Origin: Alphaproteobacteria bacterium
Lineage (GTDB): Bacteria; Pseudomonadota; Alphaproteobacteria; Caulobacterales; Caulobacteraceae
Assembly: GCA_025359785.1 (NCBI GenBank)
Contig: JANYET010000002.1
Span: 40,598-104,597, forward strand
DNA: 64,000 nucleotides
Direction: 5' to 3'
How positions within the stretch are numbered: the stretch's first letter is position 1; the number at the start of each line of letters is the position of its first letter. Below, piece by piece: positions 1 through 9,450 of the stretch. Under the pieces are notes generated by a model that was not told the origin of the DNA, did not search any database, and saw only the letters and a list, made by a program, of their open reading frames with translations. Both the position numbers and the translations under genes were made by a program.

Positions 1-47
1 CGCCATCCTGGCCAATAGCGGGCCCAGCTCAGGCGACCGCTGCCGCC

Positions 48-2141
48 TCAGTCCATCAGCTTCTGGCTCAGGTACACATAATGCCTGGCCCAGCGACGGG
101 CGTTGAGCTCCGGGTCGGCGTCGTTGGCGTGACCGCCGAAGGTCTGCTCGTAGTAGAGATAGGGCAGGCCCATGGCCTCCATCATCGCGGCGAACTTGCG
201 CGGATGGCCCGGGTGGACCCGGTCGTCGCGCGTGTTGGTGGTGATGTAGGGCTCGGGATATTTCACGCCCGGCTTGAGGTTCTGGTAGCCGGAATATTTG
301 GCGATGAAGGCGCGGTCGGCGGGGACGTCCGGATCGCCGTACTCGGCCACCCATGACGCGCCGGCCGACAGGTGATTGTAGCGCAGCATGTCGATCAGCG
401 GGCTTTCCACGACGATCGCGTTGAACAGCTCAGGATGCTGGGTCATCGAGACGGTGGTCAGGATGCCGCCGTTCGACCGGGCGTAGATGCCTAAGCGCCG
501 CGGCGAGGTGATCTTGCGCGCAATCATGTCCTTGGCCACCGCGGCGAAGTCGTCGAAGGCCCGCTGGCGGTGCTCGCGCAGCGCCGCCTCGTGCCAGGCC
601 GGCCCGAACTCGCCGCCGCCGCGGATATTGGCGATCACATAGGCGCCGCCGCGCTCCAGCCACAGCTTGCCCATCTGCGGGATGTAGACCGGCGGCTCGG
701 AGAGCTCGAAGCCGCCGTAGCCGAACATCTGGGTGGGCGTGGAGCCGTCGAGCTTCATCTCCTTCCGGTGGACCACGAAGTAGGGAATTTTCGTCCCGTC
801 GTTCGACGTGGCGAAGTGCTGGTCCACCACGTCCTTGGACGCGTCGAACTGGGCGGGCAGCTGCTTGACCTTGGCGACCGCGCCGTCGGCCTCGGCCAGC
901 CACAGCGAGGTCGGGTCGAGGAAGCCCTGGACGGTGAAGAACAGCTGGTTGGTATCGTCGTCGGCGCTCACCAGGCCGACGTTGGCGTTGGCCGGCAGCT
1001 TCAGGCGGCGCGGCAGCCAGACGCCGGCCTTGTGGTCATAGGTGTCGACCGCGCCCTTGACGTCCTGCAGCAGGACGATCACCAACCGGTCCTTGGAGGA
1101 CGAGACCTCGGCCACGGCGTCGTGTGGGCCGGGCATGAAGACGAGTTGAGGCTTGGCCGCGCCCGCGTTGGCCTTGAGGTCGGCTAGGCTGTAGCTGATC
1201 ACCGCCCCGGCGCCGAAACCCTTCCAGGGCTCCTTGATCGTGAACACCAGCTGGCCGTCGACATAGGTGTCGAACTCGACCTTCTTCGGCAGCGGAATGG
1301 CGGTCAGGCCCTTGTCGCCCAGCAGGCTGAACTGGCGTTCGTAGAAGGTCAGTCCCTGGGTGATGATGATCCCGTCGGCCGCGCCGTTCGCGCCCTCCAG
1401 CGGGAAACCGCCGGAAGAGACATCGGTCTTGGTTCCGCGGAAGACTTCGCGGGGCTCCGCGCCGCCGCGCTTCACGATCTTGACCACATAGGCGTAGCCC
1501 GAGTTGGTCACCTCCCCCTTGGTCCATTCACGGCTGGCGATCAGGGTGTCGTGGTTGATCCAGGCGATGTTCTGTTTGCCGTTCGGGAAGCGAAAGCCGC
1601 CGTCCACGAACTGGCCGGTGGTGGTGTCGAACTCGCGGTCCTCGACGGCGTCCGAGCCGCCGTTGGACAGGTGGACGAGGCATAGCGTCTGGGCCGGCTT
1701 CAGGCAGTTGGCGCCCTTCCAGATCCAGTTCTTGCCCTCGGCCTTGGACAGGGCATCGAGGTCGAGCAGCGTCTTCCACTCCGGCGCGGCCGAGCGGTAG
1801 GAGGCCATGCTGGTGTGCCGCCAGATCCCGTGGATATGGGTCCCGTCCTGCCAGAAATTGTCCACGCCGCCGGCGCGGAAGCGCGGCAAGGCGATGCGGT
1901 CCTTGGCGGTGAAGATCGCCAGCGCTTGCTTGCGGAACACCTCGTAGCGGGGGTCGCCTTCCAGCCGCTTGGCGGACTTGACGTTCTGGCCGTCGACCCA
2001 GGCCATGGACCGGGGCGCGTCGATGTCCTCCAGCCACTGGAAGGGATCGACCGCGCCGACCGCGACGGGCCCCTGGGCGTGGACGACGGGCGCGGCGAGA
2101 GCCAGAACCGCGAGCGCGGCGGCGAGCGAGAGAGCTTTCAT
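48..2141 (-). CDS. prolyl oligopeptidase (S9) family serine peptidase, secreted
   Basis: ORF 48..2210 trimmed to ATG 2141, where the signal peptide MKALSLAAALAVLALAAPVVHAQG begins. C-terminal hydrolase domain has the GxSxGG nucleophile motif (YARSNGG). Length and N-terminal region fit a propeller plus catalytic domain architecture. Confidence 0.85.
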   Translation of the reverse strand: MKALSLAAALAVLALAAPVVHAQGPVAVGAVDPFQWLEDIDAPRSMAWVDGQNVKSAKRLEGDPRYEVFRKQALAIFTAKDRIALPRFRAGGVDNFWQDGTHIHGIWRHTSMASYRSAAPEWKTLLDLDALSKAEGKNWIWKGANCLKPAQTLCLVHLSNGGSDAVEDREFDTTTGQFVDGGFRFPNGKQNIAWINHDTLIASREWTKGEVTNSGYAYVVKIVKRGGAEPREVFRGTKTDVSSGGFPLEGANGAADGIIITQGLTFYERQFSLLGDKGLTAIPLPKKVEFDTYVDGQLVFTIKEPWKGFGAGAVISYSLADLKANAGAAKPQLVFMPGPHDAVAEVSSSKDRLVIVLLQDVKGAVDTYDHKAGVWLPRRLKLPANANVGLVSADDDTNQLFFTVQGFLDPTSLWLAEADGAVAKVKQLPAQFDASKDVVDQHFATSNDGTKIPYFVVHRKEMKLDGSTPTQMFGYGGFELSEPPVYIPQMGKLWLERGGAYVIANIRGGGEFGPAWHEAALREHRQRAFDDFAAVAKDMIARKITSPRRLGIYARSNGGILTTVSMTQHPELFNAIVVESPLIDMLRYNHLSAGASWVAEYGDPDVPADRAFIAKYSGYQNLKPGVKYPEPYITTNTRDDRVHPGHPRKFAAMMEAMGLPYLYYEQTFGGHANDADPELNARRWARHYVYLSQKLMD

Positions 2142-2275
2142 GCCCTGATGTCTAGCCGCGCCGGGCCGAAGCTGTCTCGCGCGGAGTGGTTTCGGGGCGG
2201 AAATGCGCACCCAAATGGGCTCCGAGCGCGCGCCCGCGTGCGTCAGACGCCGTCTTCGACTATAGGTCCGGCCCC

Positions 2276-3094
2276 ATGAGCCGTCCGTTCCTGAAGATGA
2301 ACGGGCTCGGCAACGACTTCGTCGTGGTCGAGGCCCGTAGCGCGCCGTTTGAGCCGACGGCGGCGCAAGTGCGCGCCATCGCCGATCGGACGAGCGGCAT
2401 CGGCTGCGACCAGCTGATCTCCATCGAGCAGGCGAGCGGCGCGGATGCGCGCGCGCGGTTCTGGAACGCTGACGGCGACGAGGTGGGCGCTTGCGGCAAC
2501 GGCACGCGCTGCGTCGGCTGGCTGATGATGCAGGCGTCCGGCAAGGACGAAGTGGCGATCCTCACCCAGGCCGGCCTGCTGCACGCGCGGCGGGCTGGCG
2601 AACGGCTGGTCAGCGTCGACATGGGCGAGCCCGGCCTCGACTGGCGCACCATTCCCCTGTCGGATGCGCAGGACACGCTGCTGATGGACGTGCCGCTGCA
2701 CCCCGGGCTCAGCGAGCCGGGGACCTGCGTCTCCATGGGCAATCCGCACATCGTCTTCTTCATGTCGGAGCTCGACGAGGCCTTCGTGAGGAGCGTCGGG
2801 CCGGTGATCGAGCGCCATCCGCTTTTCCCCGAAGGGGTCAACGTCGGCTTCGCCCAGGTCATCGACCGGGGCCGGATTGCGCTGAAGGTCTGGGAACGCG
2901 GCGCGGGCCTGACCCAGGCCTGCGGCACCGGCGCCTGCGCGGCCCTGGTGGCGGCCGTGCGCCGTGACCTGACCGACCGCTCGGCGGTTGTCGTGACCGA
3001 TGGCGGCGAGCTACTCATCGAGTGGCGGGCCGAGGACGACCACGTGATCATGACCGGCCCCGCCGCCGTCGACTTCGCGGGAGAGCTCCCGTGA
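2276..3094 (+). CDS. dapF: diaminopimelate epimerase
   Basis: Start trimmed to MSRPFLKMNGLGNDFVVV. Both catalytic Cys motifs are present (CGNGTRC, ACGTGACA), as is SMGNPH. Confidence 0.9.
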   Translation: MSRPFLKMNGLGNDFVVVEARSAPFEPTAAQVRAIADRTSGIGCDQLISIEQASGADARARFWNADGDEVGACGNGTRCVGWLMMQASGKDEVAILTQAGLLHARRAGERLVSVDMGEPGLDWRTIPLSDAQDTLLMDVPLHPGLSEPGTCVSMGNPHIVFFMSELDEAFVRSVGPVIERHPLFPEGVNVGFAQVIDRGRIALKVWERGAGLTQACGTGACAALVAAVRRDLTDRSAVVVTDGGELLIEWRAEDDHVIMTGPAAVDFAGELP

Positions 3095-4374
3095 CGCAGG
3101 ATGTCGATGTCATCACGTTCGGCTGCCGGCTGAACGCCTATGAGAGCGAGATCATCCGCAAGCAGGCCGCCGCCGACGGCCTGACCGACGCCATCGTCTT
3201 CAACACCTGCGCGGTGACCGGCGAGGCGGTGCGCCAGGCCCGTCAGGCGATCCGCAAGGCGCGCCGCGAGCGGCCGGGCGCCAGGCTGATCGTCACCGGC
3301 TGCGCGGCCCAGATCGACCCGGCCGCCTTCGCCGCCATGGACGAGGTCGACCTGGTGCTGGGCAACGCCGAGAAGAGCGCGCCGGGGTCGTATCTGCCGC
3401 GCCCGGAACTCGGCCGCGTGCGGGTCAACGACATCATGAGCGTGACGGAGACCGCCGGGCATCTCATCGACGGTTTGAAAGACCGCGCGCGGGCCTATGT
3501 CGAGGTCCAGAACGGCTGCGACCACCGCTGCACCTTCTGCATCATCCCCTTCGGCCGCGGCAATTCCCGCTCGGCGGCGGCTGGCGAAGTGGTGGCGCAG
3601 GTGGGCCGCCTGGCCGCCCAGGGCTATCGCGAGGTGGTGCTGACCGGTGTCGACGTCACCAGCTGGGGCGCCGACCTGCCGGGCCAGCCGACGCTGGGCC
3701 AACTGGTGGCGCGGATCCTCAAGCTGGTCCCCGAACTGCCGCGCCTGCGCCTCAGCTCCATCGACGCCGCCGAGATCGATCCGGACCTGATGCGGTGCCT
3801 CGCCGAAGAGCCCCGGCTGATGCCCTATCTGCACCTGTCTCTACAGGCCGGCGACGACATGATCCTCAAGCGGATGAAGCGCCGCCACAGCCGCGCCGAC
3901 GCGCTACAACTCATTGAAAACGTTCGTGCTGTTCGGCCTGACACGGCCTTCGGCGCCGACCTCATCGCCGGCTTCCCCACCGAGACCGAGGCGATGTTCG
4001 AGAACACGCTTTCTTTGGTCGAGCAAGCCGGCCTGTCGTTCCTGCACGTCTTTCCCTACAGCGCCCGTCCCGGTACGCCCGCCGCCCGGATGCCAGCGGT
4101 GAAGGGCGACGTGGTCAAGGCCCGCGCGGCCCGGCTGCGCGCGGCGGGCGACGCCGCTCTGGCTCGGCACCTGGACCGCCAGGTCGGCCGCACGATCATG
4201 GGTCTGGTCGAACGGGCCAAGCCTGGCGAAGGCGGCGTGGCGCGGGCCGACGACTTCACCGAGATCGCCTTCACCGGCGAGGCTGTGATCGGCGAGATCA
4301 TCGCTCTGAGAGTGACCGGCCACGACGGCAAGCGCGTGATCGCGAGGTCGCCCGTCCTGGAGGCCGCCCAGTGA
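3091..4374 (+). CDS. mtaB: tRNA t6A37 methylthiotransferase (MiaB-like, MtaB)
   Basis: GTG 3091 overlaps the dapF stop (GTGA). N-terminal UPF0004 domain (VITFGCRLNAYE), radical-SAM CDHRCTFC motif and C-terminal TRAM-like region are present. Confidence 0.85.
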   Translation: MTQDVDVITFGCRLNAYESEIIRKQAAADGLTDAIVFNTCAVTGEAVRQARQAIRKARRERPGARLIVTGCAAQIDPAAFAAMDEVDLVLGNAEKSAPGSYLPRPELGRVRVNDIMSVTETAGHLIDGLKDRARAYVEVQNGCDHRCTFCIIPFGRGNSRSAAAGEVVAQVGRLAAQGYREVVLTGVDVTSWGADLPGQPTLGQLVARILKLVPELPRLRLSSIDAAEIDPDLMRCLAEEPRLMPYLHLSLQAGDDMILKRMKRRHSRADALQLIENVRAVRPDTAFGADLIAGFPTETEAMFENTLSLVEQAGLSFLHVFPYSARPGTPAARMPAVKGDVVKARAARLRAAGDAALARHLDRQVGRTIMGLVERAKPGEGGVARADDFTEIAFTGEAVIGEIIALRVTGHDGKRVIARSPVLEAAQ

Positions 4375-4400
4375 GCCGCGACTTCCGCCTCCCGCCATCG

Positions 4401-5051
4401 CTACGGCGAAGGGGGAGGTAAGCAGTCGTCCTCCGGCGGAGGTCCGCCGAACCCCGGCAGCGACCACTTCAGCAGGATTGCCCCGGCGCGGATGGCGAAG
4501 GCGACGACGAAGCCCGCCACGCCCGCGGGGATGACGGGGACGCCGATCAGCCCCAGGACCACGAAGGTGGCCGCGCCGGCCAGCGCCGGCGTGACGTAGA
4601 GCTCGCGTTGCAGCAGCACCGAGGGCTCGTGAGCCAGCACGTCGCGGATCACCCCGCCGAACGCCGCGGTCAGCACGCCCATCACCACGGCGGAGAACGG
4701 CGGCACGCCCAGGGACTGGGCCTTCAGTGCGCCGACCACGGCGTAGGCGGCCATCCCGACCGCGTCGAGCCAGACCAGGATGCGGCTCCGGAACCGGCGT
4801 GGGCCGACGATCCAGACGGCCAGCGCCGCGCCCAGGCAGACCAGGATGTATTCGGGCCGACCGACCCAGAAGACCGGCGCGCCGATCAGCAGGTCGCGCA
4901 GGGTGCCCCCGCCGACCCCGGTCACCGCGGCGAAGAAGCCGAAGGTGACAATGTCGTGCTTGCGCCGCGCGGCGGCGAGCGCGCCGGTCGCCCCGAATAC
5001 CGCGACGGCGGCATAGTCGAGGACAGTGAGGGTGGCGGTCAGGCGGTCCAT
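4401..5051 (-). CDS. TRIC/UPF0126 family membrane protein (YadS-like)
   Basis: 216 aa and polytopic. Two repeats of the GGGTLRD / GGVIRD glycine motif typical of UPF0126. Confidence 0.8.
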   Translation of the reverse strand: MDRLTATLTVLDYAAVAVFGATGALAAARRKHDIVTFGFFAAVTGVGGGTLRDLLIGAPVFWVGRPEYILVCLGAALAVWIVGPRRFRSRILVWLDAVGMAAYAVVGALKAQSLGVPPFSAVVMGVLTAAFGGVIRDVLAHEPSVLLQRELYVTPALAGAATFVVLGLIGVPVIPAGVAGFVVAFAIRAGAILLKWSLPGFGGPPPEDDCLPPPSP

Positions 5052-5110
5052 GGTGGGGGAACCTGCAAGGGTGCGTGACGCCGTGCAAGTGGCCCGCTAG
5101 AAGCGCGCCC

Positions 5111-6055
5111 ATGACTGAACCCAAACGCGGCTGGTTCTCGCGGCTCACCGAAGGCCTGACGCGCTCGTCGAAACAGATCGGCGAACAGATCACCCAGGTC
5201 TTCGTGGCCAAGGAGCCGCTCGACCAGGCCAAGCTCGACGAGCTGGAAGAGATGCTGATCGAGGCCGACCTCGGCCCGCACTCGGCCGCCCGCATCACCC
5301 AGCGCTTTTCCGACGAGAAGTTCGGCAAGGACGTGGACGAGGCCGACATCAAGGCGGCGCTGGCCGCCGCCATCGGCGACGAACTGGCCACCCACCAGGG
5401 CGACTTCGATGCTCTGTCTGGCCCACGGCCTTACATCGTCCTGTTCATCGGGGTGAACGGCTCGGGCAAGACCACGACGCTGGGCAAGATCGCCTCAGAT
5501 CTGGTGAGCCGCGGCGCCAAGGTGCTGGTGGTGGCTGGCGACACCTTCCGGGCCGCCGCCGTGGAGCAGCTGAAGATCTGGGCCGATCGGGCTGGCGCCG
5601 ACTTCATCTCGCGACCGATGAATTCCGATGCGGCGGGGCTGGCCTTCGAGGCGGTCGAGCGAGCGCGAGCGCAGAACTATGACGTGGTGCTGATCGACAC
5701 CGCTGGGCGCCTGCAGAACAAGCAGGGGCTGATGGACGAGCTGCTGAAGATCATCCGCGTGGTGAAGAAGCTCGATCCGGACGCGCCGCATGAGACGCTG
5801 CTGGTGCTCGACGCCACGGTGGGGCGCAATGCGCTGGCCCAGGAGAACATCTTTGGCAATCAGATCGGGGTATCGGGCATCGTCATGACCAAGCTCGACG
5901 GCACCGCGCGCGGCGGGGTGCTGGTGCCGGTGGCGCAGGCGTCGGACTCGCCGATCAAGCTGATTGGGGTCGGCGAGGGGATCGACGATCTGCAGCCGTT
6001 CAATGCGCACGCCTTCGCGCGCTCGCTGGTGGGACTTGCGGAGCCGGTGCGATGA
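5111..6055 (+). CDS. ftsY: signal recognition particle receptor FtsY
   Basis: Start trimmed to MTEPKRGWFSRL. SRP-GTPase motifs GVNGSGKTTT, DTAGR and TKLDG are present. Confidence 0.9.
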   Translation: MTEPKRGWFSRLTEGLTRSSKQIGEQITQVFVAKEPLDQAKLDELEEMLIEADLGPHSAARITQRFSDEKFGKDVDEADIKAALAAAIGDELATHQGDFDALSGPRPYIVLFIGVNGSGKTTTLGKIASDLVSRGAKVLVVAGDTFRAAAVEQLKIWADRAGADFISRPMNSDAAGLAFEAVERARAQNYDVVLIDTAGRLQNKQGLMDELLKIIRVVKKLDPDAPHETLLVLDATVGRNALAQENIFGNQIGVSGIVMTKLDGTARGGVLVPVAQASDSPIKLIGVGEGIDDLQPFNAHAFARSLVGLAEPVR

Positions 6056-6654
6056 CCGAAACGACGCCTCCGGAACGGCCCGCGGCACGGCGCCTGCCCA
6101 AGTGGGTCCACTATCTCATCGACTACGGCGGCCTGGGCGCCTGGTTGCTCACCCTGGTGATCACCCACAACGCGGTGGCCTCGAGCTGGGTGATTGTCGG
6201 CGCCTCATTGCTGGCGCTGCTGGTCGGCCTGGTCTTCGAGCGGCGGGTGGCCCCGATGCCGCTGGTCACCGCCGTGCTCGGCGTGATCTTCGGCGGTCTG
6301 ACGATCTTTTTCCACGACGAGCGCTTCATCAAGGTCAAGCCGACCATTCTCTATACGGCGTTTGGCCTGTTCCTGGTCACCGGAGCCCTGCGCGGCAAGA
6401 ACCCGCTGAAAGTGCTGATGGGCGACGCCTTCCACCTGCCCGATCCGGTGGTCCGCACGCTGACCCTGCGCTATGCGCTGTTCTTCTTCTTCCTGGCGGT
6501 CCTCAATGAGGCGGTCTGGCGTACCCAGACCACCGTGGTCTGGGGGTTCTTCAAGTTCCCAGGGATGCTGATCCTCATCTTCCTGTTCGCCATGAGCCAG
6601 GCGCCCTTGATGATGAAGCACATGCCGGACGACGAGCCGAAGCCGGAGCCTTAG
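6052..6654 (+). CDS. yciB: inner-membrane septation protein A (YciB/IspZ)
   Basis: ATGA overlap with the ftsY stop. 200-aa polytopic protein with the conserved FHDERFIKVKPT region. Confidence 0.85.
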   Translation: MTETTPPERPAARRLPKWVHYLIDYGGLGAWLLTLVITHNAVASSWVIVGASLLALLVGLVFERRVAPMPLVTAVLGVIFGGLTIFFHDERFIKVKPTILYTAFGLFLVTGALRGKNPLKVLMGDAFHLPDPVVRTLTLRYALFFFFLAVLNEAVWRTQTTVVWGFFKFPGMLILIFLFAMSQAPLMMKHMPDDEPKPEP

Positions 6655-6743
6655 GGCCGTGGTGGGACGCCCACGGACCGTCTGTAATTAAATCGACGCA
6701 ATCCCCATTTAGGTAAGACGCGAGCCTCGCGGGGGACGAACCG

Positions 6744-7337
6744 ATGGCCAAGACCAAGTCCGGCGCCAAGAGCGGCGTCGCCGCTGCCCAACTGGGAAAA
6801 AAAAGCGGCATAGCCGCCTTGGACCAGTCGCCCAGTCATCTCTTGCACCGGGCTCTGCAGCGGGCGCTCGATATCTACGCCGAGGCCTTTGGCGAGGGCG
6901 CGATCACCCAGCGCCAGTTCGCTGTCCTGGCCGCCGCCGACGAGCATGCCGGCGCGACCCAGGCCGATCTGGTGCGGATCACCGGCATTGACCGCTCGAC
7001 CCTGGCCGACATGGCGCGGCGGATGATCGGCAAGGGCCTGCTGGAGCGCCAACGCTCCAACGTCGATGCCCGCGCCAACGCCGTGCGCCTGACCGACGAA
7101 GGCCGGGCCGTGCTGGCGGATGCGCGGCCGAAGATGGCGGCGGCGGACGCGAGGCTGCTGAAACTGATTTCCGGTGGCGGCCGTCGGCAGACCTTCGTCA
7201 GCCTGCTGCGCGACCTGACGCAGGCGGGCGCCAAGGCGCAGGCCAAGGCCGTCAAGACGAAGGTTGCGAAAGCCAAGCCCGAAAAGGCTGCGAAGCCGCA
7301 GAAGGCCGGCAAGAAGCCGAAGAAGAAAGTCGCCTAA
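6744..7337 (+). CDS. MarR family transcriptional regulator with Lys/Ala/Pro-rich C-terminal tail
   Basis: Winged-helix core (ITQRQFAVLAAA..QADLVRITGIDRSTLADMARRMIGKGLLERQR). SD GGGGGA lies upstream of the ATG. The tail reads AKAQAKAVKTKVAKAKPEKAAKPQKAGKKPKKKVA. Confidence 0.8.
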   Translation: MAKTKSGAKSGVAAAQLGKKSGIAALDQSPSHLLHRALQRALDIYAEAFGEGAITQRQFAVLAAADEHAGATQADLVRITGIDRSTLADMARRMIGKGLLERQRSNVDARANAVRLTDEGRAVLADARPKMAAADARLLKLISGGGRRQTFVSLLRDLTQAGAKAQAKAVKTKVAKAKPEKAAKPQKAGKKPKKKVA

Positions 7338-7552
7338 CGCAGCTGCGATGCGTCGCGGGGCTGCCCGGGCCCGGCGATGGTCGAGGGCCGCAGGAAGGGC
7401 GAACGCAGGCGGTCGTAGGTGGCCTCGCCGGCGCTTCGGGTGATGATCTCCAGCATCTGACCGCCGTCCAGGCGCAAGGGTGGCGGCTCGCCGAACACCT
7501 CTCGCCAGAGGGCGGCGGCTTCCTGGTGGATACGTTGCTGCCGGTTTTCCAT
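7334..7552 (-). CDS. hypothetical small protein (72 aa)
   Basis: Internal ATG of ORF 7334..7885 (MENRQQRIHQEAAALWREVFGE...). GC-rich third codon positions suggest coding. No obvious SD. An 8-bp inverted repeat lies just upstream. Confidence 0.35.
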   Translation of the reverse strand: MENRQQRIHQEAAALWREVFGEPPPLRLDGGQMLEIITRSAGEATYDRLRSPFLRPSTIAGPGQPRDASQLR

Positions 7553-7637
7553 GAGACAGCAAACACAGTAGGGCGGACTGTGTTCCAGATTTCGGAAGGT
7601 TAATTGTTTTAACAGCTTAACCGGATTCCGGCCAAGC

Positions 7638-7952
7638 TTAGACGCGGATATCCAGAAGTGAGCCGGGCCGTAGCAGCCGGGTTGGCGGCGCCGCTGCCGG
7701 ATCGGGCCGGATTTCGAGCCGGATTTCGGGGCGGGACGCGGGCGCCGTCGATGGGGCGAAAAAGGCCGCGCGGGTCGGCGCGGAGGCTGCCGTCGCCGGT
7801 GGCGCGGCCGGCGCGGCTGGCGCGGTGGTTCGCCCCATGGCCGCATCGAAAAAGGCTCGCTGAGCGGCGCTGCGCTGGGCGTCACCGCTCGCGCCGCCGA
7901 TGGCGCTGGTGGAAGGCTGGATGGGAAGGGCGCTGGGACGGATCGGCGTCAC
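7638..7952 (-). CDS. hypothetical Ala/Pro-rich protein (104 aa)
   Basis: GTG-initiated ORF with GC3 bias. Repeated RAFFDAA / RAAFFAP motif. No recognisable family. Confidence 0.3.
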   Translation of the reverse strand: MTPIRPSALPIQPSTSAIGGASGDAQRSAAQRAFFDAAMGRTTAPAAPAAPPATAASAPTRAAFFAPSTAPASRPEIRLEIRPDPAAAPPTRLLRPGSLLDIRV

Positions 7953-7969
7953 GGGGGCTCGGGTCTGTT

Positions 7970-7977
7970 ATGGTTAA
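7970..7977 (-). promoter_or_regulatory. TTAACCAT motif (CtrA-type half site)
   Basis: Plus strand reads atggttaa, so the minus strand reads TTAACCAT, 18 nt upstream of the GTG at 7952. Single 8-mer only. Confidence 0.2.
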
Positions 7978-8004
7978 CGCCGGCTCAATCTGCGGCCGCG
8001 CCGA

Positions 8005-8541
8005 TCAACGCCCGGTTAACAGCCGGGCCGAGACCGGGCCCACGTCGTCCTCGCCAAGGTTGGTGTATTTGGCGAGGATCCGGCCGTCCTGGGCGATCAG
8101 GTAGCTTTCCGGCACGCCGGTCAGGCCGAACTCGATACCGGCGCGGCCTTCCGCATCGACCAGGCGCTGGATGAAGGGATCGCCGGTGCGGGCCAGGAAG
8201 GCGCGCGCCGCCTGGGCTGAGCCGCGCGGCGCGGCGTCCTCGTAGTCGATACCGACGATCCGCACGCCGCGGGCCTTGAGCGCCAGCAGGGCGGGCTGCT
8301 CCAGGGCGCAGGGGCCGCACCAGGAGGCGAAGAAGTTGACGATCAGCGGGCCGTGCTGAAGTTCGTCGCGCAGGCGCACCTCCCCGGTCCCCTCGAGGTT
8401 GGCCAGGGTCAGGTCCGGCAGGCTCTTGCCCACCAGGGCCTTGGGGATCACGTGCGGGTCGTGATGCAGCGCGTAGCCGGCAAACAGGATCGCCAGCCCC
8501 GCCAGGACCACGAGCGGCAGGGCCATCAGCCAGCGGGTCAT
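8005..8541 (-). CDS. ccmG: cytochrome c biogenesis thiol:disulfide oxidoreductase CcmG/DsbE
   Basis: N-terminal membrane anchor, thioredoxin WCGPC motif, and ATGA overlap with the ccmD stop. Confidence 0.9.
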   Translation of the reverse strand: MTRWLMALPLVVLAGLAILFAGYALHHDPHVIPKALVGKSLPDLTLANLEGTGEVRLRDELQHGPLIVNFFASWCGPCALEQPALLALKARGVRIVGIDYEDAAPRGSAQAARAFLARTGDPFIQRLVDAEGRAGIEFGLTGVPESYLIAQDGRILAKYTNLGEDDVGPVSARLLTGR

Positions 8542-8684
8542 TTGCGGCTGAGCTCTTCGGCGCGCTTGCGCCAGCGCCGGGCATGCATCAGGGCGCCGAC
8601 GATCAGGAACCCGAACACCGCCGCGGTGATGGCATAGGCCGGCCAGATATAGGCGGCATATTTCCCGACCTCGAAATTTGGCAT
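8538..8684 (-). CDS. ccmD: heme exporter protein CcmD
   Basis: 48-aa single-TM protein MPNFEVGKYAAYIWPAYAITAAVFGFLIVGALMHARRW... TGATG overlap with the ccmC stop and ATGA overlap with the ccmG start. Confidence 0.75.
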   Translation of the reverse strand: MPNFEVGKYAAYIWPAYAITAAVFGFLIVGALMHARRWRKRAEELSRK

Positions 8685-9406
8685 CACGCCCTCGCCGCCC
8701 GCAGCGCGGCGGCCTCGGCGCGGCGGCGCCAGACCTCGCCGCGGATGCGCACCAGCCACAACGATCCGAACGCCGCCAGATAGGCCAGCAGCATGGTGTA
8801 GAGCGGCCAGGCGTAGACCGGCGCCAGCGCGCCCTTGGTCAGCATGGTGCTGCCCTGGTGCAGGCTGTTCCACCAGGTGACGCTGTAGTGGATCACCGGC
8901 AGGACCACGATGCCGACCATCGCCAGGATGGCGGCGTTGCGCGCCGCCTTGGTCTCATCGTCCATCGAGGCGCGCAGGGCGAGGTAGGCCACATAGAGCA
9001 GGAACAGCACCAGCACCGAGGTCAGCCGCGCGTCCCAGACCCACCAGGCGCCCCACATCGGCCTGCCCCAGAAGGCGCCGGTGACCAGCGCCAGGAAGGT
9101 GAAGCCGGCGCCGAGCGTCGCGGCGGCCTGGGCAGCGCAGTCGGCCAGCGTGTGGCGGAACACCAGCGCCAGCAGGCTAGCGCCGGCCAGGAAGGCGTAG
9201 ATCACCTCGCAGATGATCGCCGCCGGCACGTGGATGAACATGATCCGGACGGTCGCGCCCTGCTGGTAGTCCGGCGGCACGCTCCAGCCGAGCCACAGTC
9301 CGATCGCCCCCAGGACCACCGCGATGACGCCGAACACCGGCGCGGCCCATCGCGAGAAAGCCATGAACCGCTCGGGGTTGGTCAGGAAGGCGGGCGCCCA
9401 GGTCAT
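8684..9406 (-). CDS. ccmC: heme exporter protein CcmC
   Basis: 240-aa polytopic protein with the Trp-rich WGxxWxWD motif (WGRPMWGAWWVWDARL). Confidence 0.9.
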   Translation of the reverse strand: MTWAPAFLTNPERFMAFSRWAAPVFGVIAVVLGAIGLWLGWSVPPDYQQGATVRIMFIHVPAAIICEVIYAFLAGASLLALVFRHTLADCAAQAAATLGAGFTFLALVTGAFWGRPMWGAWWVWDARLTSVLVLFLLYVAYLALRASMDDETKAARNAAILAMVGIVVLPVIHYSVTWWNSLHQGSTMLTKGALAPVYAWPLYTMLLAYLAAFGSLWLVRIRGEVWRRRAEAAALRAARA

Positions 9407-9450
9407 GGGGCGGGATTAGACCGCGCGCCTTCCGGCTGCAAGCGAACCCC

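Noticed and set aside
7598-7622. Full CtrA box (TTAA-N7-TTAA) in ggttaattgttttaacagcttaacc
   Set aside because: The three TTAA tetramers are spaced N5, N4 and N13, not N7. It is reported only as an inverted repeat.
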